From Octopus vulgaris (taxonomy: Eukaryota), in the NCBI GenBank assembly GCA_951406725.2, contig OX597831.1, positions 6,014,001-6,078,000 on the forward strand: DNA of 64,000 nt, read 5' to 3'. The notes beneath the pieces are model-generated. The model saw only the letters and a list, made by a program, of their open reading frames with translations, ran no database searches and was not told the DNA's origin. Of this stretch, positions 1 through 13,338 are shown piece after piece (position 1 is the first letter of the stretch; each line of letters opens with the position of its first letter). The translations under genes were made by a program, and so were the position numbers.

Positions 1-258
1 TTAAAAATAAGCCAAGACAAGACGATGCTGCTTAGTTCCAGATCAGTGTGATGTAACAAGCCTATGATCAGAGGGTTACCAGCCAGTTTCTTTCTTTTCT
101 TTTAAAACATTCCTGCTTTAAGACAGTATGTTGTGATGTGAGGGGATTTGCTCCTTATATTCAGCAGTTCAAGCGACCACATAGACGCATTGTCATGTCT
201 GTAAAAGTTTTTTTTCTTTTTGAGGTGAGTTGCTTATTGATTTACTGAAACTGGACAT

Positions 259-380
259 ATATTTCTTCATTGCCCACAGGGGACAAACAAAGAGATTAAG
301 TTGATTACATTGACCCCAGTGCGTAACTGGTACTTTATTTATCGACCCCGAAAGGATGAAAGGCAAAGTCAACCTCAGCG
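259..380 (-). mobile_element. SINE family A, 5'-truncated copy
   Basis: Matches the 3' half of the full A copies (e.g. 32084-32312); flanked by 8-bp TSD CTGGACAT (251-258, 381-388). Confidence 0.85.
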
Positions 381-1416
381 CTGGACATTAATATAAGAAG
401 CAACCTAGTTATTGTTTCCGATTGTATGAAATTTAAATGGGGACACATTACATCTATTACCGGTATCATTCAGGTTGGCGAAAACTGTGAACGGAGCCGC
501 CTTGGAAGCAGCGTGATTAATTTCAATTAGATTAATTAAATATATCCTGTCTAATAATTAACTCATTAAGGTGATCTTTGATATTTCTGGATAGCATGTT
601 GATCTACGAGTTTTAGGGTCTATGTTCCATTGCCTGCGTGTCTTATTTCTTCACTAACTACATTACACCATGAACTGGTTTCGTTCCCTAATTTGCTGAA
701 CAAATTAAAATGTGTTTTTTTAATGATCTTCAAATTGAAACTCAGTATTTATTGGATTGTGATCACATCTCTTGTTGTACACTTTTCTATCATCCGTTGT
801 GGACGGCCCTGATTTCTTAGGACTACAAACACACACTAACACACGTTTCTTTCTCAGACATTGGTCTTAAACAGTTTATTTTTTACTTTATTTACACTTG
901 TACTGAGTGTACCAGATTTCACCAGAGTCATTACATAGTCTATATTTTTCTACCTTACCTAGTACCTGTTAACAATATCCACATTCGTTGATATCAGAAA
1001 TGAAAATATTTTAGTCTACAATACTTGTGCCACCTGGAAAGGACCCCAGGCATTCTAGTAGTAAGCAGAAAACCTATACGTATGGCATATTTTCTACACA
1101 TGTAAACGTAATCTTGTGATATCAGATGGCAAGCTGAACCAGACTACGCTCACAGACATTTCTAAGAATTCCCTTAGAATTAAAATGGAGGATGTGAATT
1201 ACTTGGAGTCTTGTAACAAGAAAACACCCGTTTTCGATAGTGTAGGTTCAGTTACACAGACATGCAGCGGAGAGGAAGCTTTATTTGATAAAATGTTTAT
1301 GAATCAAAGTTCAGTGGAGAAAGAAATTCCTGAATATAACTGTGAGAATTGTAGGAAAGCATTCTCTTCAGAACATGAACTTTTCACACACCAAGAAATA
1401 CACAATAAGAAGAAGG

Positions 1417-2421
1417 TGATCTTTTCCTTTTTGAACGGCAGTTTTCAACACAATTTCTAGATAACTAAACACTTTTAAACTTCGTATACTGGTAGAATGT
1501 GTTTATAAAACATCATTTTTTCTTGGCTTTATTGAGAAAATTCTATAGTTTGTAACATATTTCCACTTTAAAATCGAGCATTTCGGCAATTTTAACCAAT
1601 CAAATACGTCCATTTGGGGTGAAAACATACCTATTTCTTTATTACCCACAAGGGGCTAAACACAGAGGGGACAAACAAGGACAGACATAGGTATTAAGTC
1701 GATTACATCGACCCCAGTGCGTAACTGGTACTTAATTTATCGACCCCGAAAGGATGAAAGGCAAAGTCGACCTCGGCGGAATTTGAACTCACATGGTAAC
1801 GCAGACAAAATACCACTAAGCATTTCGCCTGGCGTGCTAACGTTTCTGCCAGCTCGCCATGCTGTATGAATATGTCCCTCGTTTAAGAAACAGATTGGGT
1901 TTATTTACATTTGCGAAGAAAAAAAGATACCCTTCCCCCACCCCTAAACCTAACCCTAAAATAGATTGAAATGCAATAGATCGATACTAGGGTTATAATT
2001 ATGGGTGACATTTTCATACGACATCACTACGGAAAATGGGATTTTTTTCTAGCGGTGTCAAATGAAAATGTCACCCATAATTATAACCCTAGTATCGATC
2101 TATTGCATTTCAATCTATTTTAGGGTGGGGGAAGGGTATCTTTTTTTCTTCACAAATGTAAATAAACCCAATCTGTTTCTTAAACGAGGGACATATTCAT
2201 ACAGCACGGTATGTTTTCACCCCAAATGGACGTATTTGATTGGTTAAAATTGCCAAAATGCTCGATTTTAAAGTGGAAATATGTTACAAACTATAGAATT
2301 TTCTCAATAAAGCCAAGAAAAAATGATGTTTTATAAACACATTCTACCAGTATACAAAGTTTAAAAGTGTTTAGTTAACTAGAAATTGTGTTGAAAACTG
2401 CCGTTCAAAAGGAAATGATCC
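1417..2421. mobile_element. Long-TIR palindromic MITE with 8-bp TSD (possibly Merlin-like)
   Basis: The two halves are reverse complements about a centre near 2030-2050. TSD GAAGAAGG at 1409-1416 and 2422-2429; removing it restores the ZNF frame (HNKKK-AYHCDIC). The right terminus reads GGATC inward; superfamily is inferred. Confidence 0.88.
1631..1857 (-). mobile_element. SINE family A, full length, nested in the MITE left arm
   Basis: tRNA-like head on the minus strand (GGCGAGCTGGCAGAAACGTTAGC...GAGTTCAAATTCC); absent from the mirror-image right arm of the MITE. Confidence 0.9.
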
Positions 2422-2527
2422 GAAGAAGGCATACCACTGTGATATATGTGGAAAGTCTTTTGTGTATAACAGTGTTTTAACGAACCACAAGCGAATACAC
2501 ATGCGAGAAAAACAATTTCACTGTTAA

Positions 2528-2719
<192 letters not shown>

Positions 2720-2957
2720 TAATAGTAAATTAAGACAGCATAATCGAATACACACAGGAGGAAATCTTTTACACTGTGGAATTTGTGGCAAATCTTTCAG
2801 GGAGAATTCTAAATTAATAATCCACAGACGTAGTCACACAGGGGAGAAACCCTTTTGTTGTGACTTATGTGGAAAATCTTTTGTTACGAACAATAATTTA
2901 TTAACTCACAGAAGAAAGCACTCTGGTGAGATATTATTCCAGTGTGAAATACGTAAA

Positions 2958-3259
2958 AAATAATAAATAATAATAATAATAAAACATTGTGTACGGTGCT
3001 CAGGTGCACTACAACTCATCTAAAGTGTATATATAATCAGGTGTAGTTTCGGCGGATTTCGGAAAGCATGAGGGCCTCAAAGGATGCAGTGTCATGGCAG
3101 TCAACAACTGACGCAGGCAGTTTGTTCCATGCTTCAGCAACTCTGAGCGTGAAAAAATGTTTCCGAAAGTCATGGGAGCTGTGCTGTTTTCTGACTTTGT
3201 AGGCATGTCCACGTGTGTTAGACACATGGAGATCAAAAAGGTGTTCAGTGTTGTTGTTG
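2958..3259 (-). mobile_element. CR1-group LINE 3' end with (ATT)n tail, inserted in a zinc finger
   Basis: Encodes [11 protein letters not shown]...FFTLRVAEAWNKLP, typical of the CR1 ORF2 C-terminus; near-identical to 31090-31390. Confidence 0.85.
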
Positions 3260-4004
3260 GCTTTTGTAAATAACTGGAATCTCCTTGTCCACATACGTAG
3301 TCATACAGGAGAAAAACCATTCCACTGTGAATTATGTGGAAAATTCTTTGTTCAAAATTGTAGTCTTGTATTCCACAAACGAAAACACACTTCATTGTGA
3401 AATATGCAGTAAATCTTTTGTCCACAATAGTGATTTAAAAAGACATAAGAAAACACATGATGAAGGGAAACCTTTTAAATGTGAAGCATGAATCCTTTTC
3501 CAATCTTTGTGGTTAGCCAATAAGTACAAATTGAAGGTTTATCATGGTGAGATATGTTAGAAATGAGCGATTTGGAAGTCTCGCCTTGTGTTCTGCAAAT
3601 GTGCTCTCATTTTACAGGAACATTGTTGCTAAACTATTTAGGAAATTGTTATTTGTGTATTATCAACATCTAGGTGACAGATAAATAAACATTAGACAAA
3701 AAAAAATCATCTATGTAACTGAAATATGTAGGGAGACCATTGTAAAATAAGTCAATGTATGTTGGTCTTATGTCATTTACGAATTCACCCTGGAGTAAGA
3801 ACTGTTCGCTGTTATTTGCTAATGAAATTTCTTAAAGAGAGAAACATTAATTATGACTAATAAAAACGCAAATGTTAAATTTTATGATAGTGAAATTAGT
3901 TGCAAATTGTTCTTAATTTAAAGCTATGGTAATTAACTGTAACACAATCTGCATAGTTAAAAAGTTTGCTTGTCGACCTCACAGTGTTATCTTACATCTC
4001 AACT

Positions 4005-4232
4005 ATAGGTATTTCTTTACTACCCACAAGGGGCTAAACACAGAGGGGACAAACAAGGACAGACAAATGGATTAAGTCGATTACATCGACCACAGTGCGT
4101 AATTGGTACTTAATTTATCGACCCCCGAAAGGACGAAAGGCAAAGTTGACCTCGGCGAAATTTGAACTCAGAACGTAAAGGCAGACGAAATACGGCTACA
4201 CATTTCGCCCAGCGCGCTAACGATTCTGCCAG
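4005..4232 (-). mobile_element. SINE family A
   Basis: Near full length; 10-bp TSD CATCTCAACT (3995-4004, 4233-4242). Confidence 0.9.
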
Positions 4233-5009
4233 CATCTCAACTTATATGGCTTCAGGTTTGATCCCATTGTGTGTCATCTTGGGCAAGTGATTTCTACTTA
4301 TAGCCCAAGGCCAACTAATGCTTTGTGAGGAAATTTTGATGGATGAAAACTGAAAGAAGCCTCATGATCATGTTAAATGTGGTAATACATGATTATATTT
4401 TATTTAATGCTGCTTTGTGTGTCTCTAGTTATTTAATTCCTGATTGATATAGCTTTATGCACATCAGTAAATATACTATTTACTGTTCTTATAAGAACTA
4501 TCATTTTTATAATGCTGCGAAAAACAAATTGATTAATCACAGCTGATGCTGTGGAAACACATGCATCCTAAGATGCAATGATGGTATTCATACTCCAACA
4601 TGTTTCACACATTTTGTTTGTGAGGAGAATTTTCTCCCAGGACTATTTCGGCAAAAAAAAAGGTCTCTCCACATCGAGGTGTGCAAAAAAATGCACACGA
4701 TTGTATATACACATATGTACGTCCGCAAATGTTTACAATCTGCAGTGTACTGAAATCAGTTTGTAGCTAAGCTGCAAGTGTAGATATCACTGTTTGTAGT
4801 CGAGCTGCAACTAATAAAATTTGTTGACATTTCCTGTCACCAATTTGTCCTCTTTAATCTACATTTTCAAATTCCACTGAAATTAAAATCTCCTCACTTG
4901 GAAGTCAGGTTAGCCTTGGTGACAGAAAGAGCATCTGGCTATAAAAATCCTGCCTCTGGTACCTGCCTGTCTAACCTTTACAAGCAGGAGAAAAGGTTAA
5001 ACAAATGTA

Positions 5010-5223
5010 CGAGGGGGTGCTGAAAAGTTCCTGGCTTTAAGGGTATCGCGAAAGGCCTCATTGGAGGCCCAAAATTCCGACTTCTTTTACAGGGCTTTAG
5101 AAAAACTGAAGAACCCCTGCAATAGGTGTGTGATTCTGAGAGGGGAATACACTGAATAAAATCATAATTAACTGATCCTCCTGTATTTTTACCCAAAACC
5201 GAGAACTTTTCAGCATCACCTCA

Positions 5224-5224
<1 letters not shown>
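5010..5224. mobile_element. Mariner-type MITE
   Basis: TA-CGAGGGGGTGCTGAAAAGTTC at the left and GAACTTTTCAGCATCACCTCA at the right form imperfect TIRs; related fragment at ~42320-42450. Confidence 0.65.
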
Positions 5225-5254
<30 letters not shown>

Positions 5255-5258
<4 letters not shown>

Positions 5259-5510
5259 TCATCATCATTTAGTGTCCACTTTCCATGCTAGCATGGGTTG
5301 GACGGTTCAACTGGGGTCTGGGAGGCCAGAAGGCTGCACCAGGCCCAGTCTGATCTGACAATGTTTCTACGGTTGGATGCCCTTCCTAATGCCAACCACT
5401 CCGTGAGTGTAGTGGGTGCTTTTTACGTGTCACCGGCACAGGTGCCAGGGGAGGCTGGCAAACGGCCACAGTCGGATGGTGCTTTTTACGTGCCACCGGC
5501 ACAGGGGCCA
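5255..5510 (-). mobile_element. SINE-like family D ((GAT)n tail)
   Basis: Reverse complement of the D consensus ...GGAAGGGCATCC...CCAACCCATGCTAGCATGGAAAG...GATGATG. Confidence 0.85.
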
Positions 5511-6109
5511 AAAGAATATGGAGACTTGTACATCCACAAAATTTACTTTATAGTTACATGCTGTATATAAATGTAAAATAAATCTTGTGGATGTACAAAT
5601 CTCTATACTCTTTATTATAATTGATATATACTCCAAACAATTTTTACCGTCCAGCAAAGAGTACACCTATTGGAAGAATTCACAGAGTGACTAACAGATC
5701 AATGTAGACACAGACCTTAGATGCTGATCATGGTTAGCCATTAACTGGAACTTAATTGAGAGCTAATATATCCCCCCAACTCTTTTTTTATGTGTGTGTG
5801 TATATATCATCATCATCATCATCATCGTTTAGCGTCCGTTTTCCATGCTAGCATGGGTTGGACTAACCCATATGTATGTATGTATGTAATAATAATAATA
5901 ATATTAGAGAATATGATTCCAAAACTTACAGGGGAAAATTCAATTTAGCAATTTTAAAACAAATTTCACAATATATAATATATGTATATAATTTATAACT
6001 AATCCTCTATTATACAATTCAATAGTGAAAGAGGTTATTCACACCATATAGAAAACATATACTATAAAAATACTACTTTTTACTACTATTTATTATTTAT
6101 TGTTTTTAA

Positions 6110-6527
6110 AATCAAAATCAAAATCAAAATCAATCAACATCAATGGAAATTGCAGCTGTGATACCAGTGCCGGTGGTACGTAAGAGAACCATCCGAATGT
6201 GGCCGTTGCCAGCACCGCCCCGACTGACCTCGTGTTGGTGGCACGTAAAAAGCACCATCCGATCGTGGCCATTGCCAGCCTCGCCTGGCCCCCGTGCCGG
6301 TGGCATGTAAAAAGCACCATCCAATCGTGGCCGTTTGCCAGCCTCGTCTGGCATGTAAAAAGCACCCACTACACTCATGGAGTGGTTGGCGTTAGGAAGG
6401 GCATCCAGCCGTAGAAACATTGCCAGATCAGACTGGGCCTGGTGCAGCCTTCTGGCTTCCCAGACCCCAGTTGAACCGTCCAACCGATGCTAGCATGGAA
6501 AGCGGACGCTAAACGATGATGATGATG
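6110..6527 (+). mobile_element. SINE-like family D, long copy with an internal ~60-bp tandem array
   Basis: Repeated GGTGGCACGTAAAAAGCACC modules, then GGAAGGGCATCCAGC and a (GAT)n tail. Further copies at about 7730-8028, 10795-11090, 12600-12945, 14623-14900, 16730-16880, 18750-19010, 23620-23820, 33400-33630, 36070-36325, 40148-40343, 40900-41175, 43583-43790, 47359-47500, 48275-48580, 48620-48960, 50610-50740, 54240-54520, 58725-58990, 63693-63920. Confidence 0.85.
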
Positions 6528-6672
6528 TACTTAATTGATGTTTAGAATATGTTTTCTATATGGTGTGAATAACATCTTTCATGATTGAATTATTTAATAG
6601 AGGTTTTTCTCTAAATTATATATATTTAGGCATAATTAAATCTCAGAATGAGATTGAAACAGTAATCGCTCG

Positions 6673-6780
6673 ATAATGTAAAGTATAGAAGCCATCTTAT
6701 CATGGCTAACCACATTGGGGTAACACCCCCTCCCCAATGTGGTTAGCCATGATAAGATGGCTTCTATACTTTTACATTAT
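6673..6780. repeat. Near-perfect ~48-bp inverted repeat (hairpin)
   Basis: ATAATGTAAAGTATAGAAGCCATCTTATCATGGCTAACCACATTGGGG, an 11-nt loop, then the reverse complement with one extra T. Confidence 0.9.
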
Positions 6781-8952
6781 ATATATTTATATTTATATAT
6801 ATTTATATTCATATTTATATATAAAGAAGCTTGCTTCCCAGCCACATGGTTCCAGGTTCAGTCCCACTGCATGGCACCTTGGGGGCAAGTGTCTTCTACT
6901 ATAGCCTCGAGCTGACCAAAGCCTTGTGAATGGATTTGGTAGATGGAAACTTTTAGTGTATCTCCTTTGCCATCCTCTGGTACAACACCTTTTCTGTTTT
7001 GTTTGCTGGAACCATGAGGCATACTGACAAACCTTCTTAGATATTTCTTTGCTGTGAGGAAGAGAGAAAAGGAAAGATATGATGGAACAGGCAGGGTCCT
7101 TCATCAGATTTAGAAAACTATTTCATTAAGAGACATCCACAAATCTAAAATTAATGGCTGACACATCTTTAAACAAATAAACAGAATATCCATTAGCTTG
7201 CAGTGACACAGGTAAATAGGCTTTTGGTTGTAAATCATATAACACCTTGAATCCATATTTATTCGAAGCTATAGAAGTAAGTGAATTACAATGATAAATA
7301 AAAGATATATTCATCGCTGTCAATCTTTGGTGAGGATAACAACTGCTGAAGCCATTTTATCTGCTTTTTATTATTTTCAACCGACTTTATATTATCGTTA
7401 TGTTACCTGAAACAAACACCTGCAGCCATTTTATTGTCATAACAATAACTAAAAATGTTATAAATCATCTCTCTCTTTCTCTTGCCTTTCTCTCTGACTA
7501 GATAACCAAAAATTTCCTTTACATCAGCACACCTGTTTCTTATTACCTCTCTCTCTTCCTCTCCCTCTCTTTCTCTCTCTCTGGCCCAGTAACCATGTAC
7601 CTCCTCTATAGCAAGACACCTTTTTCTGCCACCCCCCTCTCTCTGTCACACTCTTAACCTTTCATCATCTGACACAAGATCACCGCCTCCAATGTCCTCT
7701 AATTCCTCAAAAATTTCTTGTCTTGCAAGTTACTTGGTGACCCTACCAGTGCTAGGTCCACATAAAAAGCATCCAGTCCACACTGTAAAATGGTTGGCAT
7801 TTGGAAGGACATCCAGCTGTAAAACCCATGCCAAAACTGACCTCACCTGTGCTAGTGCCATGTAAAAAGCACACAGTCCACTCTGCAGGGTGGTTGGTTT
7901 TAGGAAGGACATCCAGCCATAAAAACTATGCCAAAACAGACACAGTAGCCTGGTGTAGTCTTCTACCTGGCTGGCTCCTGTCAAACCCATGCCAACATGG
8001 AAGGCAGACATTAAACAATGATGATGTTGCCCTGAGCCCTCCAAGGCCTATTGAATGGATTTGGTAGACAGAAACTGAAAGAAGCCTGATGTGTGTGTGT
8101 CCGTTTGTTTTTGTCTTGACATCACAGAATAGTTGTAAAATAAGTACTACTGTCATACGGGTGTTGTCTTTCATTTCCAATCTTCCTCAAAGCAAATGTA
8201 ATCTTGCTTGGAAACCGGTGATGTTTGGTGACAGAAAGAGCATTTGGCTGTAGAAAATCTGTTTTGCTTTGACAGATTCCATCTGACCCATCCAAGCATG
8301 GAAAATTGGATGTGAAAATGATAATGATGGTGATGATAGCCAATTTAGTTAGTACTCAAAATCAAAATGAAACGAGCAGTCAGAGAGTGCAAACTTCCAC
8401 CAAGGTAACACCAACATCCTCTCAATGATTAGCCAGAGAGGATTTTTAAAATGAGAATATCTGAAATAAACTCGACTGTTCTCACAAATGAGAATACTAA
8501 AAATGAACCAGTTCATGGCCTCTTTTGGTTTCCGTCTACCAAATCCACTTACAAGGCTCTAGTCAGCCTGAGGCTATAGCAGAAGATACTTGCCTAAGGT
8601 GCCATGTGGTTGAGAAACAAGCTTCTTGCCACACAGCCACACCTCCTTTAAAACGACTTTGTAAGGTAGGTGTAAGAAGTTGGATCTGGTCAGTTTTATC
8701 TTAAAACAGAGAGAATGTTTTAACAGGATATGGCTGGTTTAAATACTGAAAAGTTAAAACCTTTGCCAAAGATATTAAAACTAAATATCAATGCTGCCTG
8801 GTGCAACATTATAATGTACCATACAGCAGGGCCTATGAGAATGTGATACAGCAAGAATTTCTTGGATAACCCATTTTCATAAGTCTTGAGTATATCCATC
8901 CATTCACAAGTTTTTGGTCATTTGGAAGCTTTAGTCGAAGATATTTGCACAA

Positions 8953-9470
<518 letters not shown>

Positions 9471-9949
9471 GAGTGGAACTGAACTCGAAACTATGTTTTT
9501 GGAAAGGTAGCTTCTTAATAACACAGCCATACCTGCACCCGTGCATCCTGATAAAATATGCCAGAGATAGAAAGAGAGGATGGCTAGGGTTTCATGTCTA
9601 GCCACTTGATATTTATTTGGAAAACAGCAAAAAATGTGCTCCACATGTGGACTACATTTGAAAACATTTGATCTGCATGAAAGAAACTTTAAAGCCTCTT
9701 CTAAGGTTTTTCTAAAAGTACTGAAATATAGCCAAATGATAGCTTTTACTAAAACTCCAAAGAAATACCTGACATTCCTGGCGTTCCTGGTGTAAGTGTA
9801 GCTGCATGGTTAAGGAGCCTGCATTGCATATTTGTGGTTTTGGGTGCACTCCCACAGTGCAGCACCTTGGGTAAGTGTCTACTACAGCTCTCAGCTTACC
9901 AATGGGTTGTAAGTAAATTTGTTTGATGGAATCAGTGTGAAAGCATTAA

Positions 9950-9987
9950 CTGTCCAAAGAACAGTCACATGAAACTCTGAGTAACAG
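9950..9987 (+). ncRNA. Degenerate hammerhead-like remnant (H3-related)
   Basis: CTGT-CCAAAGA-...-GAAA-CTCTGAG-TA-ACAG: stem I and the palindromic stem III are retained, core G5 and stem II are decayed. Confidence 0.45.
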
Positions 9988-10123
9988 CTTGTGAAGAGGC
10001 TTAAAAACTTTTTTCAGCTTTAATAAAATAAGTGCCTTTATATAAGTATAAATGTAATGTATATGTACATAAATACATATACACATACATACATTCATAT
10101 ATATACACACACACACATACACT

Positions 10124-10155
<32 letters not shown>

Positions 10156-10162
10156 CATACAT

Positions 10163-10335
10163 AGGCACAGGAGTGTGTGTGGTAAGAAGCTTGCTTACCA
10201 ACCACATGGTTCCGGGTTCAGTCCCACTGTGTGGCACCTTGGGCAAGTGCCCTTCACTTTCGCCACGGGCCAACCAAAGCCTTGTGAGTGGACTTGATAG
10301 ACAGAAACTGAAAAAAGCCCATATATATATGTATG

Positions 10336-10372
<37 letters not shown>

Positions 10373-10790
10373 GGAAAGTTTACGAAAATAAACAAAAGAC
10401 GAAGGCAGGTGGAGTACAAACAAACAAATGTATTAGTATAGCGCTCAGGAATAGAAAAAGTCTTTTACGTTTCGAGCCTATGCTTTTCGACAGAAAGATA
10501 CACAGAAAAGAAACAAGGAAGGAAAAAATGCATGTAGGAGCTAACGATCTATATATATATATATATGTATGTATGTATGCATTTGAGTCTGTGTTTGTCC
10601 CCCCACCATCGCTTGACAACTTATGTTGGTGTGATTATGTCCCCATCACTTAGCAGTTCAGCAAAAAGAGACCGATAGAATAAGTACTAGGCTTACAAAG
10701 AATAAGTGCTGGGGTCGATTTGTTTGACTAAAGGTGGTGTTCCAGCATGGCCACAGTCAAATGACTGAAACAAGTAAAAGAAAAGAATAA
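10163..10790 (+). mobile_element. SINE family B with an H2 element inserted in its internal (TA)n
   Basis: B 5' half at 10163-10320 and B 3' half at ~10580-10790, separated by (TA)n, H2 and (TA)n. Confidence 0.88.
10371..10550 (-). mobile_element. H2 non-autonomous hammerhead-bearing element
   Basis: Minus strand 10461-10498 reads TCTTT CTGTCGA A AAGC ATAG GCTC GAAA CG TA AAAGA; flanked by (TA)n. Confidence 0.75.
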
Positions 10791-11093
10791 AAGATGGCAC
10801 GGGGGCCAGTCAGGCAGGACCTCGCTCGAATCTTTTTACATGTGCCGGTGGCATGTGTAAAAAGATCCGAGCGAGGTCATTGCCAGTATCACCTGACTGG
10901 CTCCCGTGCCGGTGGCACGTAAAAGCACCCACTACATCCTCAGAGTAGTTGGCATTAGTGAGGGCATCCAGCTGTAGAAACTCTGCCAGATCAGATTGAG
11001 CCTGGTGCAACCATCTGGTTCACCAGTCCTCAGTCAAACCGTCCAGCCCATACCAGCATGGAAAACAGACGTTAAACAACGACGACGAGGAAA

Positions 11094-11135
<42 letters not shown>

Positions 11136-11492
11136 GTATGTATATCGATAGATACATACATACATACATAAACAGACGGACAGACAGATAGATAGATACG
11201 TGGTGGGTGTTGACTCATCAGACAAGACCATCGATGACAAGTTAACTTATTTGTTTTGTCAGTGACCATGACAAAATGGATATTCAAAGCCAGAATATGA
11301 CTTGCATTTTTTTTTAAATATTCATAATCATGAGTTACAATTAGTTACTCATTCTGCACAACACCTTGATCGTTTACTTTTATGCACCTTTTGAGTCAAG
11401 ATTGGCTGGAAAATACCTTGCCACAGTAAATCACATGTCAACAAGAAGATAGATAGAAAGATAGATAGATAGATAGATAGACAGATAGATAA

Positions 11493-11548
<56 letters not shown>

Positions 11549-11719
11549 AAAGATAGATAGATAGATAGACAGACAGATAGATAGAATAGATAGATAGATA
11601 GATAGAGATATACAACCAGTCATCCATCCGCATACATACACACAATCACATATATTCATATATAGATAACTACAGATACATACACATACATACATACATA
11701 AATACATACATACATGCAT

Positions 11720-11749
<30 letters not shown>

Positions 11750-11752
<3 letters not shown>

Positions 11753-11920
11753 CAGAAAAACAAAAGACAAAGGCAGGTGTATGAACAACAAACAGGTGTA
11801 TGAACAACAAGCAGGTGTATTAGCTTGACGCTTGGGTGAGAAAGTCTTTTATATTTTGAGCCTATGCTCTTCAACAGAAAGGAATATGAGGAAAAAACAG
11901 GGAGTGAGAAAATCAAAGGG
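11750..11920 (-). mobile_element. H2 element, degenerate
   Basis: Minus strand 11845-11882 reads CCTTT CTGTTGA A GAGC ATAG GCTC AAAA TA TA AAAGA (G12 lost). Confidence 0.65.
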
Positions 11921-12136
11921 GCATAAATGGCATACTCCGAATGAATAAAAAGGTGATGTGATACAATGGTAGAGAGAAATCCAAGAATAAGGTATTCCAA
12001 AACAGTCGGAAGGACAGGACTGGTCCATGTGAACATGTAGTAAACTGTTAATTCAAATAAACAACAATTAAAACAGAAAAGAAGAAAAAAACGAATGTAA
12101 AGATGTATATACATTTATATATATATATGCATGTGG

Positions 12137-12169
<33 letters not shown>

Positions 12170-12174
<5 letters not shown>

Positions 12175-12372
12175 TTTTATTTGTTTCAGTCATTTGACTG
12201 TGGCCATGCTGGGGCACGACCTTTACTCAAACAAATCAACCCCAGGACTTATTCTATCGTTCTCTTTGCTGAACTACTAAGTTACAGGGATGTAAGTACA
12301 CCAACATCGGTTGTCAAGCAATGATGGGAGACAAACACAGACACACAAATACATACATGCACACACACACAC

Positions 12373-12417
<45 letters not shown>

Positions 12418-12573
12418 ACAGGCTTCTTTCAGTTTTCCATCTACAAAATCCACTCACAAGGCTTTAGTCAGCCCAGGGCTGCAGTAGAAGACACTTGCCC
12501 AAGGTGCCATACAATGGGACTGAACCCAGAATCATGTTGTTGGGAAGCAAGCTTCTTACCATACAGCCACTCT
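12170..12573 (-). mobile_element. SINE family B
   Basis: Reverse complement of the B consensus with a small internal deletion. Confidence 0.88.
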
Positions 12574-12947
12574 TACACCATGGTCGATACCAGTGTTGCA
12601 TAACCATCCCATTTAAAAGTACCCTTGAACCACCAGGCAACATGCTGTGCTTGAGAAGACCTGTTGAGTCAAGGGAAATTGTAATAGTGGCCGATGCCAG
12701 TGCCACCTGACTGGCACATAAAAAGCACCATTCAAGCGTGGGTCAATGCCAGTGCTGCCTGACTCACTTCCATGCTGGTGGCACATAAATAGCACCCACT
12801 ACACTCTTGGAGTGGTTGGTGTAACAAAGGGCATCCAGCTGTAGAAACCTTGTGAGATCAGATTGGAGCTGGTGCAGCCAACTGGCATGCTAGTCCTCTG
12901 TCAAACCGTCCAACCCATACCGACATGGAAAATGGATGTTAAACAAT

Positions 12948-13338
12948 GGCGCAGGAGTAGCTGTGTGGTAAGTAACTTGCTTACGAACCACATGGTTCTG
13001 GGTTCAGTCCCACTGCATGGCACCTTGGGCAAGTGTCTTCTACTATAGCTTCGGGCCGACCAAAGCCTTGTGAGTGGATTTAGTAGACGGAAACTGAAAG
13101 AAGCCTGTCGTATGTGTGTGTGTGTGTCAGTCTGTCTGTCTGTGTTTGTTCCCCTAACATCACTTGACAACCGATGCTGGTGTGTTTACGTCATTGTAAC
13201 TTATCGGTTCGGCAAAAGAGACTGATAGAATAAGTACTAGGCTTACAAAGAATAAGTCCTGGGGTCGATTTGCTCGACTAAAGGCGGTGCTCCAGCATGG
13301 TCGCAGCGAAATGACTGAAACAAGTAAAAGGGTAAAAG
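12948..13338 (+). mobile_element. SINE family B, full length
   Basis: GGCGCAGGAGTAGCTGTGTGG head through to the GTAAAAGGGTAAAAG tail. Confidence 0.9.

Noticed and set aside
1940-1960. Telomere-like CCCTAAACCTAACCCTAA (also GGGTTAGGGGTTAG at ~47762)
   Set aside because: Only 2-3 imperfect units; the first lies inside a MITE arm. Not an interstitial telomere array.
6170-6370. Repeat-spacer pattern (GGTGGCACGTAAAAAGCACC every ~60 bp) resembling a CRISPR array
   Set aside because: The spacers resemble each other, the array is internal to a dispersed SINE-like family, the context is eukaryotic and there are no cas genes.
7085-7107. CTGATGAAGG on the minus strand
   Set aside because: No GAAA, stem III or stem I follows; not a hammerhead.
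6950-7400. Non-repetitive stretch with short minus-strand ORFs (7126-7323, 6793-7104)
   Set aside because: No recognisable domain, and stops interrupt any long frame.
9535-9725. ~60-codon open frame on the minus strand with AG/GT-like borders
   Set aside because: No recognisable protein similarity, and the donor site comes from a SINE B-like head; cannot be supported as an exon.
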